This document shows positions 10,875-22,430 of a stretch of DNA of 64,000 bases, one piece after another (the stretch's first letter is position 1; every line of letters begins with the position of its first letter). This DNA comes from Camelus ferus (lineage: Eukaryota). A program made the position numbers and the translations under genes. The stretch lies in NCBI RefSeq assembly GCF_009834535.1, contig NC_045696.1, forward strand, positions 38,876,001 through 38,940,000. Reading direction: 5' to 3'. The notes below the pieces were generated by a model. That model was not told the DNA's origin and made no database searches. It was given only the letters and a program-made list of their open reading frames with translations.

Positions 10875-13800
10875 TCTGCATATGCATTTTTGAGGGAAAA
10901 GGTTTGTAACCCATCCAGTGTGTCACAACTCTACAAAGAGAAGAGAAACTTTCAAGGAAAAGGCAAGAATTCCAGAGAGAATCATTATCAGATGGGTCCA
11001 ACTGTAGGCAGAAATGTGGGTGCCAACATTCAGCCACAGATAATGTTCTTTGAGGATAGAAATCTACCTATGAAAAAATAAGATGAATGAGATAGGTCTT
11101 CAGTTTTGAAAGGGCAGTGGTGGGGCAACAGGAAAAACATAGACATGGAACCAAACTCAAACTGGACATGACATGGTCTGAATTACAAGAGCTGAGTCAG
11201 AGCTTGTCCATCAGCAGAATTGGTGCCTCTGGTTTGAGAAGATCACCCTTGAACATGGGCACTGTAGGAGGTAGGCTCAGTGGCTCCAGATGAGTGACCT
11301 GGGATGCTGGTCTGTGCTGGAAGCCAAGCAAGTCCCCCCAAAAGACAAATTTTAAATACATAAATCAAGGAAACAAGTAACATTTGCTGAGTGCCTACCA
11401 TGTGTTGGCAGCTAAGAGTTGCTTCATGCATACTGTCTCGTTTAACCCCCTCAACAGTTAGCTTGGAAGCCAAAATACGAGAAGCTTTCTCCTTTGTGAC
11501 CACAAAAGAATTCATTGTATTGTGGTTCTCAGACTTTCTTCAAGGAAGGATAGAAATTACCCCATACTTCAGAAGAGAATGAAACTTCACAAAGTACCAA
11601 AGTTGCCCTAGATCAGTAGATCTTAGTGAAGGAGGAGAGTATGTGCCCCTCTGAGAAGCAGGGAGAGGGTGTAGTTAAAGGCTTACACAGAATTATACAG
11701 TTGTGCACTGGACTGTTTTAATTTGTTGATTTGAGAATACAGACTAGAAATAGATGCTCAGAGATGGGTTTATTTCTCAAGATCAGTAATTCCCAAGAGA
11801 AAGAAAAATATCTTTTCTATATAAATGTCTGTATAACTATTGTGTGATCTTTCTGTGATTTGCTATGGCTTTCCAGGACACCACTGTGAGTTAAGGCAGA
11901 ATATCCCAGATGCTGATTCCCCCATCAATGCTCCCAAAACTAGACCACTCTGCCACAGATAATCCACTGACAAGAAATTATAATGTAAAGTGATCTCTCA
12001 GTAAACACATTAATGCCCCTTTCGTCTGCCATCAATAAGTCTCCTTATAATGAGTTTTCCAAATAACCAATGGTTACTCATTAACAGTATTTTAACCCAT
12101 TAAGGGGATTAATTAACCCTATTAAAAAACAAAAGGGAAAAAAAGTCAATGTGTTGATTCCATGCCTACCTAAGATGTATTATTCATGCTGTAACCTTCT
12201 TAAACAAAAAGTGATTGAATTATTTTAACTCTTTCTTCCCACTCAACATGATCACTGTGACCATTAATTATTGACCTGGGATGTAAAATTAAGAGTGTGC
12301 CTGCATGCTTTGCTGTCTGTTATCAGGCTGTCTGTTCACACAGTATAGGTACCAACTCATATGACCTATCTCCTTACAATTTAATCAGAGCTGTCGGAGC
12401 TGAGAAATTGTAGGCAAATATTAAAACCCATTATAGTTTACCATTTTATGATCTTTAATTCAAATCCCCTCATTTTGCAGATCTGAAATATAAGACTCAG
12501 AGTTAAGACTTGCCCAGGATCACACAATGGATTACAGTAAAACTGCATCTCACTTCTAATTTGCAGCTCGTGAGGAAAAATATTGTTTAGCCAGAATTGC
12601 CATTAGAAATTCCTTAAATTAATCTTTAAGCATAGTATATGTGTTTTCTGTACTGTAATTTTTATACTTGTTGGAATTTGGGTACTAAAGAGGTAGCCTG
12701 AGGAAATAAAAAAAGGAAAGTCTGCAGGCAGATTGGTGCCTATTCAAACCATTTGCCTTTAAGATAACCATCAAATCCAGTGAATGAGAAAAGAGGGAGA
12801 TTTTTACTGTGTTCCTATTGCTCAATGGAATTTTTCCATTTGGTTTCAGTACTACGCTTCTAAACCTTACTATATTTCAATTGATTGTTTCCTCCACTGA
12901 AGATAGAGGATTAGGTTCTAAAACTCAGATGTGAGTTAATACAGCTCCACAAGGGGTGCAGAGTTTACAGGTACACAGGCTCCTGGTTCTCCCTTTAGCA
13001 CTTTCCCTGCTATAACCCCTATAACCTACTTAGTAGAAATCAAGAGCTGAATGTGACTTGAAAAACAGAGAAAAGGTTTGTTAATAACATTTTCAGTGGT
13101 GATATCCAGCTTCCTTACTTCCTGTTTCTCCTTTGTTCCCTCAGTGATTAAGCTTGCTGGGTAACAGAGGTATTAGTAAATGAGAAGGCTTTTGAGTTAC
13201 ATTCAGTCATTTTGATTAGCATCTTTGGTAACTTCCTTTTTATTATAAACATATGGTAAAGCAACATGTAATGTTCCAGTGATTGTGATTTCAAATCTAA
13301 AGGTCTGTTTGTTCATCACTGAAACCTGAAACAAACATCTGGTGGTTAATGCTTTCAGGAAAAAAATACATCAGTGCATTACCTCTGTCTATGATTCAAG
13401 ATCTTGGGCAAAAATAAGTAGATGAGATTAAGCCGGAGAAGTTTGTTGGTCCATTCAATTTAATTAAAAAAAAAAAAAAAAAGAACTGGACTTCATTGTT
13501 TCCTCTAAAGTAGGAAAGGCAATAGAGACAATACAATAATCTCAAGGGCCTCGTCCCTTCTGTCTCATCTTGCACTTAGATATTAACTGTAATCTAGTAT
13601 ATATCCTCCATTTGAAAAAACAAAGATTTGAATGCTTTCTTATCTCCATCCCGTGTATGCTCAGAATTACTGTTTGTGTATACCGTCAGGTTCATGGTAC
13701 CATGCATTTTTGTTAATTAGAATTGTGTCTCCTACATTAAAACTTCTGTGCCAATGTTTCATATTTTAAGATTCATTCTAGCTCACTTTCCATTACAATA

Positions 13801-13889
13801 TGACACTTGAAATAAAATTTGAAATAAAGATGTACTGTCCATTTTGCAATGTTGCTCATCTTAGGGGGAAAATTTTTTTAAGGGGATAG

Positions 13890-14255
13890 TGTATTAGTCC
13901 ACTAGGGCTGCCCCAACAAAATACCACAGACTGGGTGGCTCAAAATTTTCACAGTTATGGAGGCTGGACATCCAAATTTAAGGTGCAGGCAGTTTTGGCT
14001 TCTCCTGAGGCCTCTCTCCTTGGTTTGCATGTGGTCAGTTCTTGCTGTGTCCTCACATGGCCTCTTCCCTGTGCCTGCCGGCCTCTGGTGTCTCTTCATC
14101 TTCTTATAAGGACACCAGTCATGTTGCATTAGGGCCCACACTCCTGACCTCATTTAACTTTATCTCTTCGAAGGCCCTCTCTCCAGATTACAGTCACATT
14201 AAGGGTTAGAATTTCACCATATGAATTTTAAGGGACTACAATTCAGTCCACAACA
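13890..14255 (-). mobile_element. MaLR solo LTR, MLT1B-like
   Basis: TG...CA termini; diagnostic MLT1 segments (ataccacagactgggtggct, cttcttataaggacaccagtcat, tagggcccac, acaattcagtcc); 5-bp TSD gatag (13885-13889) / ggtag (14256-14260). Confidence 0.85.
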
Positions 14256-14893
14256 GGTAGCAGTGGTGCTATTAATCAAACATTCTGCAATATCTTCCCC
14301 TTGGGGAAAAAAAAAAATAAAATCTTAGGAAGAAAAGTGATAAAGTTATCATTTACATGTGATACCAAGTTATAGGAAATATAAATTTATATGACTCATT
14401 TATATGAGATGTCATTTCTAAGTGAATGTACATAAAATAGCCCTTAACTCCATTTTTTAGCCTGTCTCAATAAAACTCAGCAAAATCTAGCAAGGGGACA
14501 GCCCAGCAGACTAGCAAGTCACACTTCCACATCCTGTTCACCAGAAGAGGCCAAGAAAGATCCAGAATCAGAAATGCTGGATGAGACTGCTGCTCTTGCA
14601 TCTGTTCTGAGGCCAAATCTACAGATTTGGTATTTATTCTCTGGAAGGATGGCTTCTGTAATTGAAAGAAGCCTGAGCCAGACCTAAGTGGCTTCGAAAA
14701 GCAGAGCAGCAAGACAGAGGAGCCTCAGCCACAACACGCAGTAAAACAAAGGCTGCTGTCGTGCTGGTGCACTGAACATACATCACAGCATCCTTTTCCC
14801 CTCGTGCACTACAGACCACCTAGTTTTTTCAGAAAAATTGTATTCTGTCGGATCAATGTTCCCAGTTTCTGAATTTTTTTTAATGCTCTGGAT

Positions 14894-15121
14894 TAAGGAT
14901 TACCAGATGCAGTAAATAAAAATATAGGATGCCCAGTTAAATTTGAATTGCAGATAAATAATGAATATTTTTTAGTATAAACATGTCTCATGCAGTATTT
15001 GGGACATACTTATACAAAAAAAATAATTCATGGGACATACTTAATACTAAGAAAAAAAGTATGTGTTACTCATTTGAAATTCAAATTTAACCATGGGTCC
15101 TATATTTTATCTGGAACTCCG
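14894..15121 (+). mobile_element. MER53 palindromic DNA-transposon MITE with internal ~30-bp duplication
   Basis: Matches recalled MER53 consensus (ccagat...aaataaaaatataggatgcccagttaaatttgaatt...gaaattcaaatttaac...tcctatattttatctgg); long inverted arms. Confidence 0.8.
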
Positions 15122-15893
15122 CTTGGGTTCAAGAATGAATCCTCCCCTTGCAGCTTCCTTCCCCCAAATCACTACCCTCTTAAACTTCTGTCACCAACTT
15201 TGTAAAATCAGTTTCCAGGTCTTAATTTGCCCCAAAAGGTGAAAACCCCAGGTTTCAGGCTCCCTTCCGTTCCACTGCTATGATCTATGGTTACAGATAC
15301 TCAAAGTTAAAACAACGCTAAAGTTAGTTTGGCCCCTGCTTTTCCCCCCATGCTGAAATATTTGCGTCTTTGTATCAATGTCCCGTAATACTCCTACGGT
15401 GACATAAGATGACACTCTGTGCTTTTGATAATGTGAAGAAGTTACCTCTAAATCTCTGAACCCTGGGCCCAGCCTGCTCTCCTGTAAAATGACAAGACCG
15501 AATTCAGGGTTCCTTCTAACAATTCCTTGCTACAAGTCTTTAAAATGAGGGTTCTGTTAATGTTCTCATTTGCCTTGTGAAATCTAGTTATTCCTGTTTC
15601 GGAAAAAACTCTTTTCCCTTCAATTTCGGTTACTCGATTAACAGCTTCCTCTTTAAGGATGTCAGCCCTCAATTCCTCAAGGGCCGGAGAATGCAATCTT
15701 TATTTCCTCCCACCCCACTCACCCTAACACCAGACTCTGAGCACAGCAGGTGATCGGATGCCGTGATCATGAGAGTGCTGAAATGAGGAAACAGTTCCGT
15801 GGTGGTGGGTTTTCTGCCTGTCGAAAATCAGCTGGAAACAGAAGCCGTCTCCGCGGGGTCGAGTCCGCCGTCTGGCAGCCGCTCCTTGTTCTC

Positions 15894-15912
15894 TTCCGCC
15901 ATCTAGTGGCGT
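15894..15912 (-). promoter_or_regulatory. Candidate CTCF binding site
   Basis: Minus strand ACGCCACTAGATGGCGGAA matches the CTCF core CCAC(C/T)AG(A/G)(G/T)GGC(G/A); it lies in a local CpG-rich patch (~15720-15960). Confidence 0.65.
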
Positions 15913-16766
15913 TTCAGTCGCTCCCGTCCGCCCAACCTGCTGTCCAGAGCAGCAGATTTCAAAGACTGCCAATCAAATGGATGAATTGTTTTATTCTTGT
16001 CATTACAGGAAAAAGGGACTTACAAGGTGTTTCTAGAGATAAAATGTGATGTGTTGATAAAAATACGTGTAACAGCATCGCAGGCTTTAATACCTGAACA
16101 GTATAGATTTAATTCATGCAATTTAGTCTAATGTGTTCAGATGTTAACTTGAACACTGAAGAATGAAAAGTATAAACTAAAGAGTTCTAAGGAAAGATCA
16201 GCCTTCTCAGGGGCTCTTGTATAATGTTCAAGGATTTTTTTTTATTTCAAATAAACATAATCGTAACAGATGAAAAAGAATGAAAGGGAAATAGAGTTCT
16301 GATAAAAATTGAATTTGTAGAGGATGTCTCAATTCTGTATTTAACCATTTGACTTCAGTTAGGTTAGAACTTATCATTATTATTTATAATGCAGTACAGT
16401 GTTTAATGAATGTTGGATGATACTTAGTTTTAATGTCCTATAATCTGGAACTTTATTCAAATGGCATAATAGTGAGTTTAATTGTGTGATTCTAAAGTGA
16501 AAATAAATTTCTCTAATGAATGAAATAAAATATTTCTGAAGTGTGACTTATGTCCCATTAAAACTGTGTTCACCAAGTAGCTATTACAGGAAAAATATTC
16601 CTGACATTTTTACATTACTCTGGTTTTGTTTTTATTTTTATTTAAAATGCCAATGCTATCATGCAGTGTTTAGGTCTTTCTAATAAAAGTTATTTAATTG
16701 GAATGCCACTTCAGTTTTTAATACACTTGTGACCCAGCTGAAAAAAATCTCCAATTTGTTTTCCAG

Positions 16767-16916
16767 GGTGGGAAAATACCCATAAGGTGGACAGCCCCAG
16801 AAGCCATTGCCTACAGAAAATTCTCCTCGGCAAGTGATGCGTGGAGCTACGGCATCGTCATGTGGGAGGTCATGTCCTATGGAGAGAGACCTTACTGGGA
16901 AATGTCTAACCAAGAT
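16767..16916 (+). CDS. EPHA6: Ephrin type-A receptor 6, internal exon (kinase subdomains VIII-IX)
   Basis: ttccag|...|gtaagt; 150 nt, phase 0/0; [50 protein letters not shown], an Eph kinase signature. Upstream exons lie outside the window. Confidence 0.97.
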
Positions 16917-19900
16917 GTAAGTGCCACCCATAGTTAAACTGCCATCTTGTGAATGCAGACACAATAGTATGCATGGGGAAACACGCTTCACCCTCCCTCA
17001 GATTAGCCCTTGTCTTCCTGAGAGTGGTTCAGGGTCTGTGGCTGAACTTAGGAAGCTAAGTAGCCTTTCACTCTGAGGTGTTTGTTGCCATAGGGGCCAG
17101 CTGGCGGTGTTTGCCATGTGAGCACCTGACCCATGTCTTCCATCTGATACGTCCACACATATTGTTCTAATGCTTATGCAACGCCTTGATCTACAAGCGA
17201 CAGAAAACCAAGAATCATGTTTACCCTCATTTCTCCCTTAGGGCAGTATAATGCACTGCTGTAAAGGGCAAATTAATTGAGACTAGATATCACTTAATAG
17301 AAAAAGACTGAATGCTTTCAGGCAGTGTATTATCAATATGTCATCTAGCGTGGTTCTTTTGAGATGCATGACTCTTTACACAATCTGTTTTCTTTCTGCT
17401 TTAGCTGTGAAAATTACCTTGGTGGTTAGTAATATTATAGAACCAGGTAGTTAACACACATTTGACCTCTGTGGCCTGTCCAAAGTAGTAGAGACAGTCA
17501 TCAAAATATGCTAGTATCCTGACAATGTAAATAAGTGTGCTGTCAGAACTGAAAATACATTTTAATATCACTCCCTCATCTCAGAATTTAGACCCTTGTC
17601 CACTCACTTGCCTTTCTCAAAGCATCTAATGGTTTCTGAGACAATGGCAGTGGGAAATCAGCTCTAATGGGATTCTGAATGTTCAGAGGTGAAAACAAAG
17701 ACTGTGTGACTGTACAGAATCCCTAAGCAGAGTCAACTCTTGTCAGATCTCTTCCCTTTTTTCCATTCACTTGTTTGAGCCACCTGTCCACACCTCACCC
17801 TTGTTACTCCATCCCAACCTCAAGTCGTCCAGGTATCTTAAGGTTTTGTTCAGTGACAGAGTTTCTCCTTTCTGAATGCCGGGCACGGAGAAGACTGGGC
17901 TGTGGTTAGCTCACTATGGCTATCAGTTCTCTCTGACATGGAGCATTACTTCCAAGCTGAGTCCTGCTCAGGCTTGTGGGTGCCTGCTTATTCTGTGGAG
18001 AATGCCAGGTCCAGAAACTGCACGGCAGCAGATTCAAGGTCATACACACTGCCCAGGCTTGCTCTTTAAAGCACATCATCAAAACACACAGCTGGGTGGC
18101 TCAGTCCTGCAGAGCATCCGCCTTTGAGTGCAGAGTGTGCTGTAACCAGCAACCTCTGCTCCACTCCCAGCACTTAGACTTTTTAGATCCAGGCCTTTTG
18201 CCTAGAGTTTACTATTCAGGGAATTTTATTTGAAGGACCTCATTGCTCCTTCCTGCCTCTGGGCCTTGTTTGGGGCGACTTGTGACTACCTCTCACACTC
18301 GTCTTTAGATTAAATCCCAGAAGCAGAAATGAAATGTGTTCCTTCTCTCCCAGAAAGAACTCACCTTTTTTTTTTTTTAACCACTTATCCAAGGTAATAG
18401 AATCCTGGCTTCAGTCTCCATAGTTCTTGTTCTACTCTGAACCCACTATAACGCTTGCCTGCCTGTCTCACTTTGACACGACTAAAATAGGCCATTCAAG
18501 CAAATCTCTAGAATAAAAAGTCCTCCTCCAGATGAGTCAAAGTCTTCACTGCACAGAAGAGCCCTCAGTTCAAGTACCCTCCTTAACTAGAACCTCATTT
18601 AGTCCTTGTCTTGACCAGTTCCCTGACAGACTTAAAATTAAAAATTGCCTAATTCAGAGGGCTCCAAACTTTACTAATCACATAGCCTTGCAGGAAAAAG
18701 TTTTTGAGCCTTCACAGCTGACATGTGTATATTTCTTGGCACACTATGTGCTAGTACTACTGTACTAATATATTTCCTTTTCATTAAAAAATATTTATTG
18801 GGGGTCTTCTCTGTTCCAGGAACTAAAGATACAACAGAAAACAAATGTTACACCTTGAAGGGATCATACAGATGATCTAGTCCAACCCGAGTTGAACTTG
18901 GTTATGAAACTGAGGCACAGAGAAGCACTAAGATATCCCCAGAATCACATAATAAATGCTTTGACAGTGATCTTAGAAGTCAGTTGTAATAACCTTGTAG
19001 AAGAAGCCTTGGACAAGGAGAAGACGGAATCACTGCCTCTTGGATGGTAGTTGAGTTTACAGTCCATGGGCCAGCAATTCTAGGGAGAGGGAAACAGACT
19101 TTAAACAAAGTAAATAAGCAAAATACATACAGTATATAACATGATGATCACTGCTTTGGGGGAAAAAGCAAGAAAGGAGGATAAGAAATGCTAGGGGTTT
19201 GGTTTTAAATATGCATATTGCCAAATACATTGATGAAAGTCATTTCGTCATGGTCATAAAAGTCCTGGTTACTCTTATTAGACATGCACAAATAGTCTTC
19301 CTTATAGTAGGATGAGACAAATAAACATAAAGAGAAGTTCCATTCTTTTTCCTGCCCCCTGGATTACCATCTTACCACCTGGGGTACATTGTACCACCAA
19401 GCTAGTAACCAAGGCCATCATTAATGTAGACTGAAATTTAACCATGAAAATGCCTCAGTTTCATGACCAATAAATACAATAAAAGGACTTGGTTAAATGA
19501 TGTTTTAATATTCCTTTTAACAGTAACATGCTATGAACTTATAGTCTCTAGAGAAATAGTTATCATTCTTGCCTCAGCAAGTGAGTGACTCAGATTGTTC
19601 TTCTCTGAAGTTGAGGGCTTTCCTGAACCTCTGTGGAGGTGCAAGAATTCAACAGAGCTCCCACGGAGCAGAGCAGGTGCAGGTGAAGGTACCAGGCCAC
19701 AAGACAGAATTTCTAGGAGAGCAACCTCTGAGAGAAAAAGCCCAGATATGTAGTTCCCGACACAGACCCCTTGTACATTGTTCTTAATTGTTGCCTAGAG
19801 TCATCCACACCCTGTAGTCACCCCTTCCCTTCCTGGCTCTCATCCAATTGTTTACCCAGCCATTCTGTCCATGTACATTGATGATCTGCATCCAAGATGA

Positions 19901-21734
19901 TCATTTAGAGAGCCGTTCTGTGTATTAAACCTCACTTGGCCATAAAGACTGTACCTGGAATCAGAAGTTGCTTGCAGCCAGGAATAGACATCTGAGGTTA
20001 AGCCCATTCTCTTTTGTTCAAGATTTTCCAGTGCCCGCAGCACAAGGCTGAATGCTCCCTCCACCCAGAGCTTAGTTGTTTTTCAAGGACTGGTTAAGGG
20101 CTAGGCTGGTTATTTTCATGGTCTTTGAGTGGCTACCGAAGAATATGCAAGCAAGAATCTGAAAATTGGAGGAGAACAAAAAGTTCGGGGGGGGGGGGGG
20201 CGGTGAGGGGAAGCCAAACCCTTGAGGTCCTCAGATCAATACAAGAGGAGAAGAAAGCAGTAAGAGCTAAAATCTTTCATCTATCTTGTGAATATTTTTT
20301 GCTGCTGCAGTAAAGAGAGTTGGAATTCTGTTTAGCTTAACACATTGGAAGTCAGCATATCTGTGACAGATCCTGTAACCAAAATTTCTGTTTGGAAGCA
20401 CAAATAGCTTAATCAAAACTTTCTGAGCTGCCTTCTCCAAATACTGGTTATTTTCTATTTGTCCTGCATTTCTCATTTGTTCATTCAAAGTACAGTCTTG
20501 TGTTTGACTTTTTGCAACCAAAGTGTATTTTAAATAATGAAAGTAATTTTTAGACAAAATTTCAAGTATGTTCTATGTTACTGTTTTATATTTTTATTAC
20601 ATTTTGGTGAGTTTAATTTATGGATATAGTTAAATATGGAATGTTAACATGCTTTAAGATTTTAAATGAGTTTAGGACATTCCATATAGTGTTTATGAAG
20701 TGGTCCCTCCATTCTGCAGACTGTGACATATTTTATTACAATGAACAATTCTGAGTTTGCAGAATCCATTTTGGTGAATAATATAATGAGTTTCCCAAAG
20801 ATAGGTGATAATATACATTAGAGAATGAGAAAAAATAGAGTGCAGAGGACTAGTCTATAAAAGGCCATTCAGCAGTTACTGATAACACACGTGCCAGTCA
20901 CTGGGCATGGGGGTGGAGATGGAGAAGGAGAAATCCCAGCCCTCACTCTCAGGGAGCCCTCAATGTAGGTGAGGAGGTGAAGTTCTGCCTTTTGTCTAAG
21001 TCTTGCCCCTGCCCCCAGGTAGAATGTATCCTCTCAGGGGTAGACCTCAGGCCTTCTTTTTCTTTTTCTTATAGAAAACATCGTGTGACTGCAACATGGC
21101 TGTTTTTAATAGATGCCCTTAAAGGCACGCATACTTTATTATTCAAGATTCCTTTGCTTATGAATGAACGAAACTCAACTGAAACTAACTTAACAACAAA
21201 TAAATTTTTTTTTTTTTGATTTGTGAGAAGGTGGTTAGGCAGTGCCGTATCTCAGGGGTCATGCAGGACTTCAGTCCTTTCCAAGCAGTGGGTCCATTGA
21301 CCTCATTTTCTGCAATTGCAGAAGTTTTCTTCTTTGCTTTATTCATCTTTATAGTACAGAACTCAGCATTTTGGCTTAGCAATCTCAGTAGAATGGGGCC
21401 TTCTCCCTGTGAAAGTTCATACACCCATCCCAGAGAAGACTGGCTGGCTCTGTTAGCCAACGCTGAACCAAAATCACGCCTGAAAATGGATACTGTGATT
21501 GACAGAGAAAGGTTAAGGTACCAGCCTGTGCATTAGGAGGTGGAAGGAGCACTGTGACTGCCAATATCCCCCATAAGCACATAGAGTGAGGGAGAAAGTC
21601 CCCAAAGGAAATCAGTTGTGCTGCCAGAGATAAACTATTATTCTTTTCTGTACATTGTTTCCAAGAGCAGCTTTATTTATTACAATATCAAATGGCACCA
21701 AAATATTAACGCTGTTCATCATTATATTCTCATG

Positions 21735-22180
21735 AAGCAGCAAGTGTATTGGAAAGATCCTGAAAGCTTTAAAGAGGGGTTTCGCAACCTCAGAACTATT
21801 ATTGAGCCAAATAATTCTTTACTGGGGTAGGGGGAGGCTTGTCCTGCGTGTTGTAGGATGTTTAACACATCCCTGGTCTCTACCCACTAGATGACAGTAA
21901 CAGCCTCCCAGTCATGACAACCAAAACTGTTCCCAAACCTTCCCCAGTCAGAGGTGAGATACAAAAATCACTCCCAGTTAAGAGCCACTGCTTTAGAGCT
22001 AAAAACATTTGGATTGAAATCCCAGCTCTGCAATTTACTGGTCATGTAATCTTAAATAAGTGTTTTAAGCTTTTTGAGATACTATCTATTATGGGCTTCA
22101 AAATACTCAACTGCAGGATTTGAAAGAATCAGAGATAATACATATAAAGCAACTGGTACATAGAAGACACTTAATTATGA
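21735..22180 (+). mobile_element. MIR, split by a MER20 insertion
   Basis: MIR 5' part before 21775 continues after 21990 (ttgaaatcccagctctgcaatttactggtcatgtaatcttaaataag...). Confidence 0.6.
21775..21990 (-). mobile_element. MER20 hAT-Charlie DNA transposon
   Basis: Matches recalled MER20 (tgtaggatgtttaacacatccctggtctctacccactagatg...gttaagagccactg); 8-bp hAT TSD ctttaaag (21767-21774) / ctttagag (21991-21998). Confidence 0.85.
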
Positions 22181-22189
22181 TTATAAATG

Positions 22190-22430
22190 GTAATAATCAT
22201 AGCTTACAATTTCTAAGTTTATTATGAGCCAAGTATTTTAGATTATTGGCTCATTTAATCTTTAAAATAATTCTTTGAGATAGAAACTATTATTACTCCC
22301 ATTTATAGATAAGAGGCTTTCTAGAAAGTTTAAGCAACTTACCCAATGTTATTAGCTGGTTAATGGTAAAACCAAAGTTGAAGCCCCCTTGCTTACTCCA
22401 AAGTGTGTGCTTCTCCCCTCTAAGCTATAC
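22190..22430 (-). mobile_element. MIR
   Basis: tcatttaatc...tattactcccatttatagataagagg...aagcaacttacccaatg; reverse MIR core. Confidence 0.65.

Noticed and set aside
16680..16991. 103-aa minus-strand ORF
   Set aside because: Antisense shadow of the EPHA6 kinase exon 16767-16916.
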